A DNA stretch of 63,690 nucleotides, filler included, from Octopus bimaculoides (lineage: Eukaryota), in the NCBI RefSeq assembly GCF_001194135.2. It is 5 parts of 5 records of this genome, joined end to end, with 100 filler letters (N's around TTAATTAATTAA, not from the genome) between each part and the next. Parts side by side here need not be neighbours in the genome. Positions count along the whole stretch, not along the records: positions 1 to 9,673 come from NC_068981.1; positions 9,774 to 28,434 come from NC_068996.1; 3 more parts are not named here. The stretch is one strand, 5' to 3'. The notes beneath the pieces were generated by a model that worked only from the letters and a program-made list of their open reading frames with translations, made no database searches and was not told the DNA's origin. The number at the start of each line of letters is the position of its first letter. Positions within the stretch are counted from its first letter, which is position 1. Position numbers and translations under genes: made by a program. Positions 1 through 10,267 of this stretch are shown here, one piece after another.

Positions 1-318
1 CCTGACTGGCCTTCATAGGGTTTTCGAGCGAGATCGTTGCCAGTGTCCCTGGACTGGCGTTTGTGCGGGTGGCACATAAAAGACACCATTTCGAGCGTGG
101 CCGTTGCCAGTACCGCCTGACTGGCCTTCATGCGGGTGACACGTAAAAGCACCCACTACACTCTCTGAGTGGTTGGCGTTAGGAAGGGCATCCAGCTGTA
201 GAAACTCTGCCAAATTAGATTGGAGCCTGGTGTTGCCATCCGGTTTCACCAGTCCTCAGTCAAGTCGTCCAACCCATGCTAGCATGGAAAGCGGACGTTA
301 AACGATGATGATGATGAT
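1..318 (+). mobile_element. 3' end of RTE-type LINE or RTE-tailed SINE with (GAT)n tail
   Basis: Motif ggaagggcatccagctgtagaaac...ggacgttaaacgatgatgatg recurs across the window. The same tail ends the RTE fragment at 18875-20160. Confidence 0.8.
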
Positions 319-479
319 ATCAGCACTAAAATAACCTGTCATTTGAAATATATTTAAATGTTTGTAGGAAAGATTAAAAGACAATTTAATATTTAATGAA
401 ATAAAGGTATTGAATAAATTAGAAAAAAAACTATATTTATCAATTATTTCATGATGATAAATGGTTTGGGATAACTTAC

Positions 480-534
480 ATGGGAGAAAACTAGCATCTT
501 CAGCTGTAGGCTGAGTTATTCCAGATACTGATTG
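480..534 (-). CDS. Internal coding exon of unidentified minus-strand host gene (QSVSGITQPTAEDASFLP)
   Basis: Acceptor ttctatttgtttcag|CAA and donor CAT|GTAAGT. Only one frame is open (phase 0 in, phase 1 out), compatible with the phase-0 end of exon 4724-4854. Confidence 0.75.
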
Positions 535-2498
535 CTGAAACAAATAGAAAAAAATTCTGTTAGGATTCTTATCTCGTATGAAATATAATGTTCATATTTT
601 GTTTAGAAAAATTTACATCAATTGTTTTTACAATTTCCTAGTCCATTATGAAACATTTCAAATTCATTACTTTGCTATGTTAGGCTTATGGTTGTATAAT
701 AATAAACTTCTAATATAGACTACTTCTTATAAAGAGAGTATAGTGAAATTATCTGAATCTCTTTCAATGATTGCCCTGCAAGAGTCCTGTGCAAGTGCCA
801 CATAAAAGCATCCAGCACACTCTTAAGTGGTTGACATTAGGAAGGGCTCCAGCTGTAGAAACCATGCCAGATCAGACTGGAGCCTGGTGCAGCTCTCCAG
901 CTCTGGTAAAACCATCCAGCACATGAGCATTAAATGCTGTAGATGTAGGAAGCTGCAGCCCCATCAAATGTGTAATGAGCATCAGATCCCTGTTGACATT
1001 CCACTTATAGCTGACTTTTTAGGAATGAATAAGCAACCACCACTCATCTACATTATTCTCATGAGCAAGAGCTGCCTGACTGAATTAACATCTTTACACA
1101 GTAGAAATCCATCTTCACAGGAGAACCATTCTTTGAATTCCTCTGGCAGCTGCAGAAAGCACAAATTTTAATATCACATTATAGTAGATTCCATTCAACT
1201 AAATTTGAACCAAAAGGTTCAGACTGTTGTCATTATCATCATCATTGTCATTTAAAATCTGGCCTTTCTCCTTGTAAATGCAGTCCACTGGGAGGAACAG
1301 GTGGTCTGGAATGTTGGAACAGAAAGGCTTTAATCTTTTCCCTTGTGATATATGCCACTGGCTTTGTTTGATCCCTTATACTCAGGAGAATTTGGTACTG
1401 GAAGTTGTGTACTGTAGGGAATGGCTCCCACTGTAGGCTGGGTATTTAATTAAGCTCTTTGCTTTGAAATGATTCTGTTTATAATTGCAAGGTAGAAATA
1501 ACATCGTGTTGTGTGAGTGTTAGTTTCCCTCCAAATCATTGGAATAACACATAACATGGCATGAGCCATTTAGCCACCCTGTTAGTAGTCTTACAAAAGT
1601 CACACAACAAATGTTAAGGGACCCAACTCTTCTGATCACCCATTTTATATCTGAAATAAAGTTCAAAGCATTATTTTACTAACAATGTAAAATTATGTTT
1701 CTGAGATATTGTTCTATTTCAGGACGGTCATTTTTTCCTTGCCAAATAAACGCATGCATTAATACATTTGTTCTTCACTCATTTATTATTGTTTTTATTT
1801 TATCTTAAGATAAAATAAGAACAATAATAAATGAGTGAACAACGAATATATACATAAATGGAAGTGGAGAGACAAGTTACTGAAGAGATTGCAAGAGTGC
1901 AATGAAATAATTTAACAAAAAACTATATAAATTAATAAAGGACTGAACCAGTGCGTGTGTTTATTACCAGCATAATGCCTCTCCTAAGGTTTAATTGTAT
2001 TTCTTTCAACACACGTATCCACATCAAGAATCTTGCACACGAAATACACATACGAAAAACGAATATATAATACGTGTGTTTATTTGGCAAGGAAAAAAAA
2101 TTACCATTCCGAAATATAACCTTATCTGTTTCAACACACGATTTCACATCAGGAATCTTGCAAAATAAATTCATAAACGTATGTTTCTAGGGTTTTGAAG
2201 TTAAATCACCAAATATATAACTGAAGGAATTAGGAGGATTCTGACAGTTCTGATGCATGGCAAAGCATCTATGTGAACACAGCTCTAGTGTAGAATCAAC
2301 AAGGAGCAATACACACACTAGCTGTTAATGCTGTGCTATTTGCAAGCAGACTGACTTGGAGCTGCTCAAAATACAGACATGAAGTTCGTGTCTGAATATG
2401 CTGCAACCTGCACTTGCCCTCTCTGATAAAATTTATCCTGGCAGCTTTTTCAGAACTTTCTCTCGCCAAAATAGGTTATTATGCTAAATAAAAAAATA

Positions 2499-2532
<34 letters not shown>

Positions 2533-2874
2533 TAACAGTCACAAGAAAACTAAGCCTGATAAGAAAAATCTGATTACTTATTTAGATTCAGCATATAGAA
2601 ATATTACTTAAAAAAACCCATCAAAACACTTTTGATAAAGTTGTACCCAAACTAATTGTTCCACAATTTCAAGATTTTCTTGAGTACTAACAGTAGACAG
2701 ACAACCGAATCTGAAAAACATTCCTAAATCAAAGATTATACTTCTGAGTTGCTGAATAAATAATGGATAAACTATCAGCATTTTGTTTACGTGCCTCCAT
2801 TCTGAGATTCAATGTAAATATAGAACTGTAATCCCTCTGATGTTGCTTTTAATCAGAATCATACTAACAAGGAT

Positions 2875-3099
2875 TATCATCATCATCGTTTAACGTCCGC
2901 TTTCCATGCTAGCATGGGTTGGACGATTTGACTGAGGACTGGTGAAACCGGATGGCAACACCAGGCTCCAGTCTGATTTGGCAGAGTTTCTACAGCTGGA
3001 TGCCCTTCCTAACGCCAACCACTCAGAGAGTGTAGTGGGTGCTTTTACGTGTCACCCGCACGAAAACGGCCACGCTCGAAATGGTGTCTTTTATGTGCC
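2875..3099 (-). mobile_element. RTE-tail repeat copy, inverted
   Basis: Near-identical reverse complement of about 90-315. Confidence 0.8.
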
Positions 3100-3417
3100 N
3101 NNNNNNNNNNNNNNNNNNNNNNNNNNNNNNNNNNNNNNNNNNNNNNNNNNNNNNNNNNNNNNNNNNNNNNNNNNNNNNNNNNNNNNNNNNNNNNNNNNNN
3201 NNNNNNNNNNNNNNNNNNNNNNNNNNNNNNNNNNNNNNNNNNNNNNNNNNNNNNNNNNNNNNNNNNNNNNNNNNNNNNNNNNNNNNNNNNNNNNNNNNNN
3301 NNNNNNNNNNNNNNNNNNNNNNNNNNNNNNNNNNNNNNNNNNNNNNNNNNNNNNNNNNNNNNNNNNNNNNNNNNNNNNNNNNNNNNNNNNNNNNNNNNNN
3401 NNNNNNNNNNNNNNNNN

Positions 3418-3651
3418 ACACCTTTTAAGCATGGCCGTTGCCAGTCCTCTGTGACTGACCCTCGTGCCGGTGGCACGTAAAAGCATCCACTACACTCTCG
3501 GAGTGGTTGGCATTAGGAAGGGCATCCAGCTGTAGAAACTCTGCCAGATCAAATTGGAGCCTGGTGCAGCCTTCTGGCTTGCCAGTCCTCAGTTAAATCG
3601 TCCAACCCATGCTAGCATGGAAAGCGGACGTTAAATGATGATGATGATGAT
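3418..3651 (+). mobile_element. RTE-tail repeat copy
   Basis: Same motif ending ggacgttaaatgatgatg; head-to-head with 2875-3099 across an N gap. Confidence 0.8.
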
Positions 3652-3672
3652 ATATATATATATATATATGTA

Positions 3673-4232
3673 TATATAATATAAGGAGAAAATGGAGAGT
3701 TTCAACAGATAAAATTTTATTTATTTACATATTGTCAAAATTCTCTGTAACCCACAGTTTGTTTCCATACTTAACTCAACCAATTACAAATTAATAAATT
3801 AAAAATTGCATCTTGAAATATCAAGTTAAATACTTCCTCAGGGTGAGAATTAGACACATATAAAAATCACACCATAAACGAGTGGGTGATGATCGACAAA
3901 CTCATCATGACAATAATGCTTGTGTGTACATGTTAATATTTTTAAAAAAAACATTATATATTTATGGCTTTTGTTTCTATCTATTTGTGTGTGTGTGTGT
4001 CTGTGTGCACACGTTAAATTTATTTGTGCATTCATTTATGATGTGATTTTTATGTGTGTCTAATTCTCACCCAGAGGAAATAGTTAACTCGATATTTCAA
4101 GATGCAATTTTTAATTTTTAATTTATTAATTTGTAATTGATTGAAACAAATTGTAGGTTAGAGAATTATGACAATATGTAAACAAATCAAATTTTATAAA
4201 TTGTAACTCTCCATTTTCTCCCTATATTATAT
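3673..4232. mobile_element. Foldback/MITE with about 200-bp inverted arms
   Basis: 3673-3872 and 4041-4232 are reverse complements (ggagaaaatggagagtt...ctcagggtgagaattagacaca versus tgtgtctaattctcaccc...aactctccattttctcc). Confidence 0.75.
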
Positions 4233-4723
4233 TGAAATATACCTATATATCAAAGCGTAATAATCATCAAACTCCATAATATACTTAACTGGTACCTATT
4301 TAAACAATAAACACCAATACTATTAAGCTATACTGGACTCTTGAACTTTTAGATCGATATATAAGATTAAACTGGTGAAGCTTGGATGTTAACATCCCTT
4401 TTATGAGGTAACTGTATACTCAAAATAGCTTTTATATATATATTTATGTTATCATGCATACACACATTATAATTTACTTTTAACTCATGCCCCAATATGC
4501 ACATACTGACCATGCTTTAATAAAAATACTTTTTTGTGGAGTCAACATTTATTGTAAGAGCCCTTTATGAAATTTTAAGTTTTTCTTATCTTATACGCAA
4601 AGTTATTATTACAACATATCAGGTATACCTGAAGTCTGATATATTTTTAAGGAGTTAAATCCTTGATTGCTAATTTAACAAGAAAAATGAATCTGTTAAA
4701 AATAATGAATGTAGGTGTAATAC

Positions 4724-4854
4724 CTGCTTAAAGTCATAGTTTATTGCTGCATTTATGATTTGTTTCACATGAATTTTCTGTTCATTAACCATTAGTGAAA
4801 GCGATCTATAGAGAGTGTTAACTTCTTTGTTGAGTTTTTCATTAAAATATTTAC
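4724..4854 (-). CDS. Internal coding exon of host gene ((G)KYFNEKLNKEVNTLYRSLSLMVNEQKIHVKQIINAAINYDFKQ)
   Basis: Acceptor ttttgtttcag|GT and donor CAG|GTATTA; 131 nt, phase 1 in and phase 0 out. Joins in frame to exon 6764-7004. Confidence 0.8.
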
Positions 4855-4964
4855 CTGAAACAAAATATTTCACATGAGAGAAAAAGTATGTTTTACTTTC
4901 AAGTCAATATGTTAATCATCAACAGCAATATAAACATTATTTTAATATTCATAATTCTCTTAAG

Positions 4965-5340
4965 GTTGTGAGCTGGCAGAATCTAAATGCTGGGTAAAAT
5001 GCTTAGTGGTATTTCATCCTTCTTTACATTCTCATTTCAAATTCCACTGAGGTCGACTTTGCCTTTTATCTTTTCAGGATGTTGTGTCAACGCCCCCAGG
5101 CGAAGAAGTAGGATCTCCCAAGACATATAAATAGAGGTAGTCTGGCTGTGGTAGGAGAGTTGAGTAGCAGTTGTGTAGTGGTTGAGTAGCGATCATCCGA
5201 AGGTGCTAGATAGCAGTAGCTTGAGACATAACACAGGGTCAATAAAATAAGTACCATTTGAATACTGGGGATGATGTAATTGACTTATCACTTCCCCCAA
5301 AATTGCTGGCCTTGTGCCAAAATTTGAAACCAATATTCAT
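4965..5340 (+). mobile_element. tRNA-derived SINE (family C), interrupted by a solo LTR
   Basis: A/B-box-like head and gcctttcatcctttcggggtcgataaattaagtacc-type body, shared with 17160, 23355, 28575, 41090 and 61400. Confidence 0.75.
5080..5233 (+). mobile_element. Solo LTR, 154 bp
   Basis: TGTTGTGTC...GACATAACA inverted termini (TG...CA), flanks cagga/caggg as a 5-bp TSD with one mismatch, internal TATAAATA. It splits the SINE consensus cleanly. Confidence 0.7.
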
Positions 5341-5760
5341 CGTTCTCCATGCTTGGGTTTGATAAATCTGTAATATTGCAATGCTTCTTTCCTTTTGATC
5401 ATGCATCATCTCATGTAGATTAATCTAATCATTCATCTCACATCTTTCTTTGTCTGTCTTCCCCACAGATACATTTCCCCATCTACTTGCAGTAACGTTT
5501 CATCCAATATGCTTCATTCTCATTAAATTAGACATTACTAAATGTATCTGATTTCAAAACCCCTTCCTCAACCATCTTGTAATCTATCTTTCTCATAAAT
5601 CTGTTGTATATCCAAAGGACCATACTCCATTTATTTCTCTTCAGTTGCTGCAGCTCTTGTTTTACTTCCATACATTATCACACATCTCAGATACTCTTTC
5701 TTTTGCCTATATCTGCTTCCCTAAGTATTTATATCATCTAAAAAACAGAAATACTACTTC
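5340..5760 (-). mobile_element. Decayed RTE LINE C-terminal fragment
   Basis: Minus strand shows remnants of YKYLG and MYGS(E/K)T RTE motifs with many stops. Confidence 0.55.
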
Positions 5761-6763
5761 TAATGAGATATTCAAGTATTCATGAAATAGTTTTCAGTTC
5801 ACAGCTATTGAAGTTACAACTACTATAGAGCATCTGTTGTATCCAAAGTTCAGGATCCCTGTTAGTCTTCCAGAGATTCCAATATCCCCTACGTGTACTC
5901 AATGTATGAATTACATTATATTGACTTCCTACCTAACCCTTTCTATACTCTGATGAAAGTTACATCTCAGGTGCTACAAACACTTTTTTGTTGACTCAAA
6001 CTCTTGCACTGTAGAAGCTCATCAGATGGTTTGTCACTGTAATTTAAAGGTCCAGTCTTATCACACAGTGTCACACTGATTTCATCTAAGAATTAAGTTA
6101 AGGGTTCATGTCTATGGAATACTCAAGCACTTATATGCTAATTCAGTGAGCCTGGTAGTTCAGAACAATTGAACACTCATGGTCAGAAATTCTGATCAAG
6201 ATCAACCAATTATTTTTATTGGATGAATTATTCTAGCTTCACTTCAGAACTATTTCAGCATTTTTTTACAGCAATTATTTTTTCCATTTTGCATAAATGG
6301 CTTATTAAAGCTAAAATATTAAATAGATTTATTTTCTGTCTTAACCAACATTGTTGTGGCCTTCATCATCTTTCTCTACTTATTCAAGTTCTGATGTTTG
6401 AAATTCTATTGATGATGGAATTTTAGTGCCATGAATATTATAAACATTATCATCATATGAGCAAACTCATAAAGAAAGGCATTCTTTCCGTTTAAGGTTA
6501 TCTATAACCACATTATCCAATATGCCTTTCCCTTATCTAAAATGGTTAGGTGTAATTTGAAGGACATTTGGCTGCGATTGCTTGGAGGACAAATGACCAT
6601 TATTTTATACTCTCTGGAATAGAAAGAAACAAAACTCAACTGTACAACGACATATATTTAACTAGTACTATATTCTTACCGGTTACTATTATCATTAAAA
6701 CAGTTTATTTATATTCGTTTGAGTTCGTAAAGCTGTTAAAATATATTTGAAACGAAATCTCAC

Positions 6764-7004
6764 CAAAATTATGAAGAAGCTTATCTGTCTCATCTCCTTC
6801 AGGTTCCAAATGTGACGGTGCATGAGGAAAATAAGGAGTGTCAACAGAACCTTCACAAATACCAGCTTCTGAGAATGAAAAGGCACCGTGAAAATTCGAG
6901 TGAGGGGTCTCTAGATGATTATAAATTGAAGATGAAGAGACTTCATGATATACAGACTGGATGAAATCTGATTGGTCATCATACATGGCTTCTTCAAATT
7001 TTTT
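6764..7004 (-). CDS. Internal coding exon of host gene (KKFEEAMYDDQSDF...ETDKLLHNF)
   Basis: Acceptor ttttcgtcttttag|AAA and donor TTTG|GTGAGA; 241 nt (80 codons + 1). Phase 1 end matches the next exon. Confidence 0.78.
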
Positions 7005-8363
7005 CTAAAAGACGAAAAGCAGCATTTGAAAACCACGTTAACATTATTATGGTGTTTGAAAACCAAATACAATCAAAATAACGCAGCTGCAAAATGTGAA
7101 TCTAAAAAAAAAATCACTCCCCCTTGTCCACCAAAAAAGCACATAAAAAGTAAAGGCAAAATAATGCAGAGAATATATACATCTTCATTTTTAGCAATGA
7201 TCATTTTGCAGACATAATTAATTAGCAAGGTAATACCAATGGCAAATAATTCAACATGATAATCATATTTTTGTTATTTTCTTTCTGTTTGCAGATCCGA
7301 CTTTCGACAGCGAAAGAAAAGTCCTATAGAGAGGTATTTGCAGACGAGGAAAAATGATGCGTCACATCTGCAATTTATTTTGTTAAATATTATCAACTTT
7401 TTTCTCGTAATGTATAATTTGGTTTGGGCCAAATGACATCTCCACGATAGTCGACAATTTTGTCAGTGAAAAGCATGACCGTCACACAATTTTTTAAAGA
7501 TAAAAACTTTTATTTTCATTTGTACATCTTTTAGAACATTGTCATTTTATAAGATTTTGCTGGCAAATGTTTAAATCAACATAAACATTTATTTATATGA
7601 AAGAAAATTACCGGAGAACTTTCATCTAATTCTTCCAAATCTTTCTGTTAAAACTATATTGAAACGATTTTTGAGGAATTTTTATTTATATCACAACAAC
7701 TGGCCAGACACCACAAGGTTTAATGGAGCCTACTGAAGCAAGCAAACACGCTTGCAGTATTAGCTCGATGGCGAGGCTAAGGCGTTGGGAAAGCCAAGCG
7801 CCCTCAAGGGCATCACCTGACACCTCGGTNNNNNNNNNNNNNNNNNNNNNNNNNNNNNNNNNNNNNNNNNNNNNNNNNNNNNNNNNNNNNNNNNNNNNNN
7901 NNNNNNNNNNNNNNNNNNNNNNNNNNNNNNNNNNNNNNNNNNNNNNNNNNNNNNNNNNNNNNNNNNNNNNNNNNNNNNNNNNNNNNNNNNNNNNNNNNNN
8001 NNNNNNNNNNNNNNNNNNNNNNNNNNNNNNNNNNNNNNNNNNNNNNNNNNNNNNNNNNNNNNNNNNNNNNNNNNNNNNNNNNNNNNNNNNNNNNNNNNNN
8101 NNNNNNNNNNNNNNNNNNNNNNNNNNNNNNNNNNNNNNNNNNNNNNNNNNNNNNNNNNNNNNNNNNNNNNNNNNNNNNNNNNNNNNNNNNNNNNNNNNNN
8201 NNNNNNNNNNNNNNNNNNNNNNNNNNNNNNNNNNNNNNNNNNNNNNNNNNNNNNNNNNNNNNNNNNNNNNNNNNNNNNNNNNNNNNNNNNNNNNNNNNNN
8301 NNNNNNNNNNNNNNNNNNNNNNNNNNNNNNNNNNNNNNNNNNNNNNNNNNNNNNNNNNNNNNN

Positions 8364-8600
8364 TGTGTGTGTGTGTGTGTGTGTGTGTGTCTGTGTTTGT
8401 CCCCCCCAACATCGCTTGACAACCGATGCTGGTGTGTTTACGTCCCCGTAACTTAGCTGCTCAGCAAAAGACTGATAGAATAAGTACTAGGCTTACAAAT
8501 AATAAGTCTTGGGGTCGATTTGCTCGACTAAAGGCGGTGCTCCAGCATGGCCGCAGTCAAACGACTGAAACAATTAAAAGAGTAAAAGAGTTAAAAGAGA
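8364..8600 (+). mobile_element. CORE-type tRNA-SINE 3' half (family A)
   Basis: (GT)n-tgtttgtccccccaacatcgcttgacaaccgatgctgg...gtaaaagag; matches the full copy at 15819-16212. Confidence 0.8.
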
Positions 8601-8820
8601 TAAATGTTCATAGAAACACCTACATGTTTTATTTGAAATTTTTAAACAGAAGTGTTTATCGATATAATGCCTGTATATTTTATTTTAAACCCCTAGACAG
8701 AAGAATTAAGTTCAAGTAACACTTATGTTTTAAATCTATAAACAGAAGAAAGTGTTTATAGTCATAATGGCACAAGTGTTTATTTTAAACATTTTTAAAA
8801 GAAAATCTTTTCCAAGCAAC

Positions 8821-8900
8821 CTGCCTCTGAAAAGATTCAGTGAAATGGTTTCTTCTCTTTGAAATTGGTGTACTTCTACCATTCAACCAATATGTAGACT
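8821..8900 (-). CDS. Probable coding exon of host gene (STYWLNGRSTPISKRRNHFTESFQRQ)
   Basis: Acceptor aaattttttgttag|AG and donor CAG|GTTGCT (weak); 80 nt, one open frame. Phase 0 end matches exon 6764-7004. Confidence 0.6.
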
Positions 8901-9717
8901 CTAACAAAAAATTTTCTCAATCATTTCCCTCACTTTACATTATTTTCACTCTATTTGTTTTCGTTAACAATGAGTCGAGTTTACAAATGTTTCTTTCTAA
9001 TATTTCTTCAGCAAATTTCATGTCCTAGCACTGACTTGGTTGACGGAAAAATAAATACATTTAATTAGACAGTTAGTCATGAAATCTTTTCTCCCAACAA
9101 ACTTGATGTTTCTCTATTAGTTTAACAAAAGACAGTTAAAAAGAAAGAGAAATAGAAACCTAAAGGATTAATCAATAAACATCAACACTTCAAATTCCAT
9201 GTTATACGGGGAATATTTTCATTAAAACTGTAAGCAAACATGGAAAGAAATGGAATAGAAAATATAATGACTTAAATAATATTCACCAACTGGCTGACTA
9301 AATACTTTGAAGTCTTCACAGTCGCGAAACAAAACTATTATCAAGCAGAGTGAAAATGCAGTTAAATGTGTGTGCACGCGCGTATTTATGTGTTAGAGTA
9401 GGTATGTGTATGTTTTCATGTGTGTGTATGTGTGTGTGTGTGTGTGCGTGCGTGCGTGTGCGTGTGTGTGTGATTAAACATCAATTCCGATTCTTTAATC
9501 CAAGAAATTTGGAATTGTGTAAATGTATGAATTTTAAACATACACACACACACACACACACAGAAAATCTGCCTTTGGTGGACAATGAAATTAGACACTG
9601 AGGGAAAATGGCTGTAACTTTTTTATTTTTTAATTTTGACGATTTTCGTTTTCGATAATGTGTTCTATATGTCNNNNNNNNNNNNNNNNNNNNNNNNNNN
9701 NNNNNNNNNNNNNNNNN

Positions 9718-9729
9718 TTAATTAATTAA
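9718..9729. other. Artificial scaffold spacer TTAATTAATTAA inside N runs (also 28479-28490, 52276-52287, 55133-55144)
   Basis: Identical 12-mer centred in N blocks of about 100 bp, four times; it puts stop codons in all six frames. Confidence 0.9.
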
Positions 9730-9773
9730 NNNNNNNNNNNNNNNNNNNNNNNNNNNNNNNNNNNNNNNNNNNN

Positions 9774-9907
9774 GCATGTAGGAATTTTGAAGGAAACAAC
9801 TGCAGGTTATTTTTGAGAAGTGTTCCCCACTCGGTAGTGTTTCGGAGCAAGTCGTCCATATTTGTTTCATTTTTCTCTATTATGTGCGTAAGTGCATCCA
9901 TATATCT
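9774..9907 (-). CDS. Probable coding exon truncated by a gap (RYMDALTHIIEKNETNMDDLLRNTTEWGTLLKNNLQLFPSKFLH...)
   Basis: Pyrimidine-rich acceptor cttctcttcactgcctattacttcattag|AGA. One open frame runs into the N gap at 9773; the donor is not visible. Confidence 0.55.
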
Positions 9908-10084
9908 CTAATGAAGTAATAGGCAGTGAAGAGAAGCCGTCATAAAAAAACTTTTAACTACCTCTATTCCTTTCTCCCCCTCTCTCTACTTCTTCCTCTC
10001 TCGCTCTCTCAGACGTATACACGTGCAAGTACACAATCATTCAGTAAAATATAACTCATGTTCGTCAATGTTTTGTAAATATAC

Positions 10085-10267
10085 CACGATTTTCCCTAGG
10101 GTGTTAGGATTAGGGTCAGGGTTAGGGGTTAGGGTTTAGGGTTACGGTTACGGTTAGGATTAGTGTTACGGTTACGGTTTTAGGGTCTTAGGGTTAGGGT
10201 TAGGGTTTAGGGTTATCGTTAGGGTTAGTGTTAGAATTAGGTTTAGGATTAGGGTTGGGTAATCGTG
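10085..10267 (+). repeat. Degenerate interstitial (TTAGGG)n-like array bounded by a short inverted repeat
   Basis: About 160 bp of ttaggg/ttacgg/ttagga variants between cacgatt (10085) and aatcgtg (10267). Confidence 0.8.

Noticed and set aside
10096-10260. True telomere or chromosome-fusion site
   Set aside because: The array is short, highly degenerate and in one orientation, with no head-to-head junction.
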